Of a stretch of 64,000 nucleotides of DNA, positions 58,338 to 64,000 are shown piece by piece. The stretch lies in the IMG/VR virus record IMGVR_UViG_3300009183_000050, positions 1-64,000 of that record; one strand, 5' to 3'. Position 1 is the first letter of the stretch, and the number at the start of each line of letters is the position of its first letter. Below the pieces are notes generated by a model. The model was given only the letters and a program-made list of their open reading frames with translations, was not told where the DNA came from and made no database searches. The translations under genes and the position numbers were made by a program. The DNA comes from a virus.

Positions 58338-60014
58338 ATGAGATTTCATGTCTTGGGGTTACCTCACACGGTAACAAATAAAGAATATTCTGCATGTGCC
58401 TATACTCAGAAGATTGTCAAGTTTGGTAAGATGATGAAAGCCCGTGGGCATACAATCATCCACTACGGTCATGAAGATAGTGTGTTAGATTGTGATGAGC
58501 ATGTTACAGTTCTTACGAACAATGACCTAGAAATCTCATATGGTAATCATGATTGGAGAAAGAACTTCTTCAAGTTTGCCATGGAAGATCATGCGTATCA
58601 GACGTTCTTTAAGAATGCAATCGTAGAAGTTGGCACCAGAAAACAACCAAATGATTTTATCTTGCCATTCTGGGGTCAAGGTGTAAGACCTGTTACTGAT
58701 GCTCATCTCGATCTTATCTGTGTAGAACCTGGAATTGGTTATGCAGATGGTCATTGGGCAAGATTTAGAATCTATGAGTCATATACCATGCACGCCGCTG
58801 TTAACGGTCTTGACAAAGTTAGATCATGCACACAAGACTGGTATCACTCAGTAATACCGAACTACTTTGATCTAGATGACTTCGAGTATAGCGAACAGAA
58901 GGATGATTACTTCCTGTATCTTGGCCGAGTCTATGAAGGCAAGGGTGTTCATGTCGCAGTCGAGATGACCAAGAAACTAGGCAAAAAATTGATCATTGCA
59001 GGTCAAGGTAGTCTTGCTGATATGGGTTATACAGAACCACCTGAGCATGTAACTGAAGTTGGTTATGCAGATTTTGAACTTCGCAAGAAGCTAATGTCAA
59101 GAGCGCAAGCACTGTTTATCGGTAGCACATATGGCGAACCATTTGGTGGTGTTCAGATCGAAGCAATGCTCTCTGGAACACCTGTCATTTCTACTGATTG
59201 GGGTGCATTCTCTGAGTTCAATGTCAACGGTTATACAGGCTATCGTTGCAGAACATTTGATGATTTCTTAGAGGCTGGTCGTAACATTCACCTGATCTCA
59301 CCTAAGAATTGTAGAACATGGGGTGAAAACTTTTCACTTGAAAAAGTTGGTTCTATGTATGAGAAATACTTTCAAGATGTTCTGAATGTCTATACAGGTA
59401 ATGGTTGGTATGAAGAAGGTAACGGCAATATAGATTGGCTGACCAAGAAGTTGCCAAACCATGAAGTTACCGATAAGTTTGATTATGAACTTATTGAACG
59501 AGAAGAGAAACCTTTCTTCAATAGACTAGCTTCTTGGGTAGCCGGAGAAATCAGACCTACTCAGGCGATAGATTTAGGTTGTGGACCTGGAATGTTTGTT
59601 CACTCTCTTAGAGATAATGATATCAGCGCATATGGTATTGATACAGATAATATTGTTTCAGGTAGATTGCACTTACAGCAAAAAAGTTTGTTTGAGAGAA
59701 ACCTTGGTCGATATGATCTCGTCTCATGTATCGAGGTTGCTGAACATATTGAAACTGATATGAATAATCAGATAGTAGATGCGGTCTATGACTATATCGA
59801 AAACCAAGGTAAACTGATTTGGTCGGCTGCAAGACCAGGTCAAGGCGGTGTCAATCATATCAACTGCCAGACAAAAGAATATTGGTCTGACAAGTTTATC
59901 GAGCGTGGCCTAACCAGAAACTATGAACTTGAGCAAGAACTAGAAAGTTACCTTAAAGAAGGTGTCTATATGGGATGGTTCATGAACAACTTTATGATTT
60001 TTGATAGGCAATAA
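58338..60014 (+). CDS. GT4 glycosyltransferase fused to a class I SAM methyltransferase
   Basis: LGRVYEGKG, EPFGGVQIEAMLSGTPV; IDLGCGPG, CIEVAEHI, GQGGVNHIN. Confidence 0.9.
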   Translation: MRFHVLGLPHTVTNKEYSACAYTQKIVKFGKMMKARGHTIIHYGHEDSVLDCDEHVTVLTNNDLEISYGNHDWRKNFFKFAMEDHAYQTFFKNAIVEVGTRKQPNDFILPFWGQGVRPVTDAHLDLICVEPGIGYADGHWARFRIYESYTMHAAVNGLDKVRSCTQDWYHSVIPNYFDLDDFEYSEQKDDYFLYLGRVYEGKGVHVAVEMTKKLGKKLIIAGQGSLADMGYTEPPEHVTEVGYADFELRKKLMSRAQALFIGSTYGEPFGGVQIEAMLSGTPVISTDWGAFSEFNVNGYTGYRCRTFDDFLEAGRNIHLISPKNCRTWGENFSLEKVGSMYEKYFQDVLNVYTGNGWYEEGNGNIDWLTKKLPNHEVTDKFDYELIEREEKPFFNRLASWVAGEIRPTQAIDLGCGPGMFVHSLRDNDISAYGIDTDNIVSGRLHLQQKSLFERNLGRYDLVSCIEVAEHIETDMNNQIVDAVYDYIENQGKLIWSAARPGQGGVNHINCQTKEYWSDKFIERGLTRNYELEQELESYLKEGVYMGWFMNNFMIFDRQ

Positions 60015-60018
60015 GTTG

Positions 60019-60026
60019 TATAAATA
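60019..60026 (+). promoter_or_regulatory. late promoter TATAAATA
   Basis: Exact consensus, intergenic. Confidence 0.75.
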
Positions 60027-60057
60027 TGAAAAGAAGAGTTTTAAGGATTTGTAACAA

Positions 60058-60459
60058 ATGTCAATTCTACAAGTAGCAAACGTTCATTTCGAATCAACTG
60101 GCTCAAACAGGATCGATTATGTTGCGGGCAATAGTCTGCTTCGAATCGTTGCTACTGGCGGTGTTTCTATTCCTGCTGGTACCACAGCGCAGAGACCTAC
60201 AGCTAATGTCACCGGTACATTTCGCTATAACACAGATATTGCAGACTTCGAAATCTATACTGATACTGTGACAGACTGGAAGAAAATCTCAGGTGCTCGT
60301 GGTGGTTCAACCGATAAAATCTTCTGGGAAAACGGAACCAATGTGACTGCTAACTATGCTATTTCAACTGGTTATAATGCTGGTACATTCGGTCCTATCA
60401 CAATCAACAACAATGTCGCAGTAACGATTCCAGATGGTTCGTCATGGACAGTAGCATAA
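60058..60459 (+). CDS. fibre/structural protein
   Basis: IPAGTTAQRP..G.FRYNT, IFWEN..NAGTFGPITI domain. Confidence 0.75.
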   Translation: MSILQVANVHFESTGSNRIDYVAGNSLLRIVATGGVSIPAGTTAQRPTANVTGTFRYNTDIADFEIYTDTVTDWKKISGARGGSTDKIFWENGTNVTANYAISTGYNAGTFGPITINNNVAVTIPDGSSWTVA

Positions 60460-60487
60460 ATAATTTTAAGAATAGAGAGAGAAATTA

Positions 60488-61606
60488 ATGGCTGCTTCAA
60501 TCAAACTCATTTCACCTGCTGGAGGTTCGGTCACTCTCTCTGTGCCTATGACCGTAGATAACATATCATATGATATTGGCGGTGGTGTTTCTGCTAATGG
60601 AATGAATATCACTGGCAGTGCAAGCATCACTGGTAGTGCAAACATCTCAGGTAATTTGAATGTCAGCAGTAATCTTGTTGTTATAGGATCAGCTAATGTT
60701 GCCAATCTATCAGTAATAGGTACCTCTAATGTTGGTAATCTTGTTGTTAGAAGCACCGCCAACATCACAACTGCTAATATTGTTACAGCTAATATTACAG
60801 CCGCAACTATTACGGTAGCCAATGTTACTGCCGCAACTATTACTATGGCCAATGTTACTGCGGCTAGTATAGCCAACGTAAGTATTCCTAATGGTGGTTT
60901 AACTGTCGGCGGTACAAACATTACCGGTTCTGCTGGTAGCGGTTTTACTAATATGGCGGTCGCAACAACCACTGCGGCTTCAAACTCCACAGGCAGTTCG
61001 CTCGTTTGGAACAGCACAGGCTCACTGACATGGACTGTGCCAACTGGTATTACTACAGCTAAAGTCACTGTTATCGGCGGTGGCGGTGGTGGCGGTGGTT
61101 CTGGTGGTGTCGCAGGAGGCGGCGGTGGGTCCGGCGGGTCCTCTATTAGAGTTATTACGGGTCTTACCCCCGGTGGAACTGTCGCTGTAACTGTAGGTGC
61201 CGGCGGAACCGGCGGCGCGGCCGCCAGTGGGACGGGAGGAACTGGCGGTTCTTCTTCCTTCGGTGCTTATGCTACCGCAACAGGTGGCGCCGGTGGCGTG
61301 TATGCTGCCGCCGGCGGTGCTGGAGGAACTGGGGCCAGTGGAAATTTAAATGTTTCTGGTGGACCTGGAGGCCCTATTGTATATCTTGGTACCGCACCTG
61401 CGGTTTATATTGGTGGTTCCGGCGGGAATACAATTCTTGGCGGCGGGGGTAGAGGCGGCGCCGCGTCTGACGCAACCTATCAGGTCGGCTTGGTGGGCGC
61501 ATCAAACACCGGTGGAGGTGGAGGTGGAGCAGGATTTAATACTACTTTATCCGGAACTGTCGTTGGTTATGCCGGCGGAACGGGCGTTGTAATTATTGAA
61601 TGGTAA
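60488..61606 (+). CDS. fibre protein with glycine-rich C-terminal domain
   Basis: WTVPTG..KVTVIGGGGGG...GGTGVVIIEW. Confidence 0.8.
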   Translation: MAASIKLISPAGGSVTLSVPMTVDNISYDIGGGVSANGMNITGSASITGSANISGNLNVSSNLVVIGSANVANLSVIGTSNVGNLVVRSTANITTANIVTANITAATITVANVTAATITMANVTAASIANVSIPNGGLTVGGTNITGSAGSGFTNMAVATTTAASNSTGSSLVWNSTGSLTWTVPTGITTAKVTVIGGGGGGGGSGGVAGGGGGSGGSSIRVITGLTPGGTVAVTVGAGGTGGAAASGTGGTGGSSSFGAYATATGGAGGVYAAAGGAGGTGASGNLNVSGGPGGPIVYLGTAPAVYIGGSGGNTILGGGGRGGAASDATYQVGLVGASNTGGGGGGAGFNTTLSGTVVGYAGGTGVVIIEW

Positions 61607-61612
61607 AGTAAA

Positions 61613-61834
61613 ATGAAAAAAGCATTAATTTCTCCAAATGAACAAGTCTATTCTTATGATAATACGTTGCTCGGCGAGCGTGTTGCAGAAGTAAGAGATA
61701 CATCTTTTGAAGTTGCAGGTCCATTGTTCTGGGTCGATTGCACTGATGATGTATTAGCAGATCAATACTATTGGTCGGGTTCAGAATGTATATCGATTCC
61801 TGTACCACCATCAGCTAACACAGCCAATGTTTGA
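61613..61834 (+). CDS. small fibre chaperone-like protein
   Basis: RVAEV..FEVA.PLFWVDC.D. Confidence 0.65.
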   Translation: MKKALISPNEQVYSYDNTLLGERVAEVRDTSFEVAGPLFWVDCTDDVLADQYYWSGSECISIPVPPSANTANV

Positions 61835-61865
61835 TAACTCAGTAAATATCGTAAAAGGATAAGAG

Positions 61866-62432
61866 ATGACTGGTACGTTAAAGACCGCATATATTCAAAA
61901 CCCATCCGCGTCTGATAGAAACATCAGTCTCTTTGCGAATAACAACGCATCCTTTGCGAACAATATCACTGTGGCTAATAACGTAACAGTCAGCGGCAAT
62001 ATCACTGTCAGTAACATCTCTTTTACAGGCACAATCACAGGTAACATCACCGGTGCATTATCTAACGCACTATCAGGAACAACTACTGCAAATAACTTGG
62101 TTGTTTCTGGCGCCGCATATCAGGCGATTGACAGTCTCACAGACAACACCACAATTCAGATTGATATGAGTCTAGGTAACAACTTCAACGTTACACTAGG
62201 TGGTAACCGCACACTAGGTACTCCAACAAATCTAAATCCAGGTCAGTCTGGTATTATCTACGTCTCACAAGATGCTACAGGTTCTAGAACCCTAGCCTAT
62301 GCATCATGCTGGAGATTCCCATTAGCCACCGCACCAACGCTTTCAACTACCGCCAATACAGTCGATGCTCTAGCATACTCAGTCAGAACAACATCCAATA
62401 TTACGGTTCAATTCATTCAGAATATAGGTTGA
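61866..62432 (+). CDS. fibre/structural protein
   Basis: NNFNVTLGGNRTL..PTN..GQSG...QDATGSRTL. Confidence 0.75.
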   Translation: MTGTLKTAYIQNPSASDRNISLFANNNASFANNITVANNVTVSGNITVSNISFTGTITGNITGALSNALSGTTTANNLVVSGAAYQAIDSLTDNTTIQIDMSLGNNFNVTLGGNRTLGTPTNLNPGQSGIIYVSQDATGSRTLAYASCWRFPLATAPTLSTTANTVDALAYSVRTTSNITVQFIQNIG

Positions 62433-62435
62433 TTT

Positions 62436-64000
62436 ATGACTCTTCCTGTTGAAATTAACCCATTATTAGCATCATCTAGCAGTTACACGATTGCTCGTAG
62501 CGTTCGTCTACGTTCATCCAATAGCGCAAATCTGACGAGAACTCCAATCACAACAAGCGGTACAGCAAATTGGACATTTAGTTGTTGGGTTAAACGCGGA
62601 ACTCTAGGTGTTTTACAGTATATATTTTCTGCCGGAGTATCATCAGTTAATCAAGCATCGTTGTTCTTTGATAGTTCTGATAGATTAAATCTATATGCAA
62701 TGGATACAAGCATACTTCGCACCAATCTTGTCACAACTCAAGTATTTCGTGACCCGTCTGCATGGTATCATATTGTTGCTGTCTATGATGAGACCAACGC
62801 AACAAGTTCTGAAAGAGCGAGATTATATGTAAACGGTCAAAGGATAACAGCACTTTCTACAGCAACATATTCGGCCGGCGGCGCCGGCACTTATATAAAT
62901 TCAGCTAATATACATATGATAGGTAGATATATAGTCACCGCAACAAATTATTTTGATGGTTATCTAGCTGAAATCAATTCTATTAGTGGTACAGCACTAA
63001 CACCATCTAGCTTTGGCTACACAGACACCAATGGTATCTGGCAATCTAAATCCTATACAGGCATATATGGAACGAATGGGTTTTACCTGAATTTCTCAGA
63101 TAACTCGGCGGCAACAGAGGCCGCTCTCGGTAAAGACAGTTCAGGTAATAGTAACAACTGGACACTGGCAAACATCTCAGTGACAGCCGGTATTACATAT
63201 GATAGTATGCTCGATAGCCCAACTGTAAACTATGCAACATGGAATCCAATTAATCATGATGCTGGAACAGGAACACCAGTAGTAGCCAGAAGCTTGACTG
63301 ATGGAAATTTAGGTCTTGCATATGATGCTACCAGCTGGTCTGGATATCGATCAACCTTTGGTATGAGAAGCGGTAAATGGTATATGGAAGTTAACTGCTC
63401 GGCAGGCGGAGGAGGTTTCAATACAGCTTTACAAATTATAGATGCCTCACAGGCTACAGGATCCGCTCTCATTGTTGGAATTTCTCCAACTGCTGGTTCA
63501 AATATATTAGCTATCGCCTTAGATGTTGATAATTCAACCTTTAGCACATATAGGAATAATACACTCATATCAAGTGGCACTATCGTACCCTCTTCGTCAT
63601 ATCCAGAATATATGTTTAGATTGACTAATGGTAATGGTGTGAATACTTTCGCAAACTTTGGCCAGCGGCCGTTTACATATACACCACCAGCAGGATATAA
63701 TGCGGTGAACAGTAGTAATCTATCTACACCAACCATTAACAATGGTGCAAGTCATATGGCGGCAAGCACATATACGGGAAATGGCACAACTCAGTCTATT
63801 GTAAACAACGGCAACAATGCAAGCTCGACCTCGATTAGACCTGACTTCGTTTGGATTAAAAATAGATCATCAGCTTTACACCATTATCTTAATGACTCTG
63901 TGCGTGGTGTGTATAAAACATTGTATTCGAGCTTAACATCTGCTGAATATGATGGAACATCATTTAATGATGGTGTTAGTGCATTTAACAACAATGGATT
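62436..64000 (+). CDS. LamG/concanavalin-A-like fibre protein (3' truncated, not in ORF track)
   Basis: MTLPVEINP...WTFSCWVKR, FRDPSAWYHIV, YGTNGFYLNFSD, PDFVWIKNR; open to the window end. Confidence 0.8.
   Translation, partial: MTLPVEINPLLASSSSYTIARSVRLRSSNSANLTRTPITTSGTANWTFSCWVKRGTLGVLQYIFSAGVSSVNQASLFFDSSDRLNLYAMDTSILRTNLVTTQVFRDPSAWYHIVAVYDETNATSSERARLYVNGQRITALSTATYSAGGAGTYINSANIHMIGRYIVTATNYFDGYLAEINSISGTALTPSSFGYTDTNGIWQSKSYTGIYGTNGFYLNFSDNSAATEAALGKDSSGNSNNWTLANISVTAGITYDSMLDSPTVNYATWNPINHDAGTGTPVVARSLTDGNLGLAYDATSWSGYRSTFGMRSGKWYMEVNCSAGGGGFNTALQIIDASQATGSALIVGISPTAGSNILAIALDVDNSTFSTYRNNTLISSGTIVPSSSYPEYMFRLTNGNGVNTFANFGQRPFTYTPPAGYNAVNSSNLSTPTINNGASHMAASTYTGNGTTQSIVNNGNNASSTSIRPDFVWIKNRSSALHHYLNDSVRGVYKTLYSSLTSAEYDGTSFNDGVSAFNNNG

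Noticed and set aside
42355-64000. Diversity-generating retroelement or invertible shufflon acting on fibre genes
   Set aside because: No reverse transcriptase or recombinase, no TR/VR pair with A-specific mismatches seen, and all cassettes are on one strand

Overview
A 64 kb segment of a large T4-like (Tevenvirinae/Kyanoviridae-style) myophage genome. The host is very probably an alphaproteobacterium, judged from a permuted two-piece tmRNA with an ANDNFA-type tag and from PlcP/Agt/YccA homologues. 1-18.5 kb (+) is an early/middle region with strong sigma70 promoters, nucleotide-metabolism and replication genes (rnh, gp33, gp59, gp32) and host-takeover genes. 18.5-23.3 kb (-) holds a tape-measure-like gene, gp51, gp26, gp54-like, gp2 and gp4. 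23.3-42.1 kb (+) is the baseplate (gp48, gp53, hub, split gp5, gp25, gp6, gp7, gp8, and a 2211-aa protein containing a mini-intein). 42.3-64 kb (+) is a mosaic array of fibre/spike modules and chaperones, a collagen-like fibre and a glycosyltransferase-methyltransferase. Strongest candidates for novel systems: (1) a plcP-agt-like phospholipid-to-glycolipid remodelling pair just downstream of phoH; (2) a ribosome-rescue set: two-piece tmRNA, an unannotated ArfA-like ORF, a tRNA-like element and a CCA/poly(A)-type nucleotidyltransferase; (3) a -1 slippery site able to fuse gp26 to gp51, ahead of a lysozyme+SGNH tape-measure-like gene; (4) possible virion glycosylation. All family calls come from motif recognition by eye; no database searches were run.
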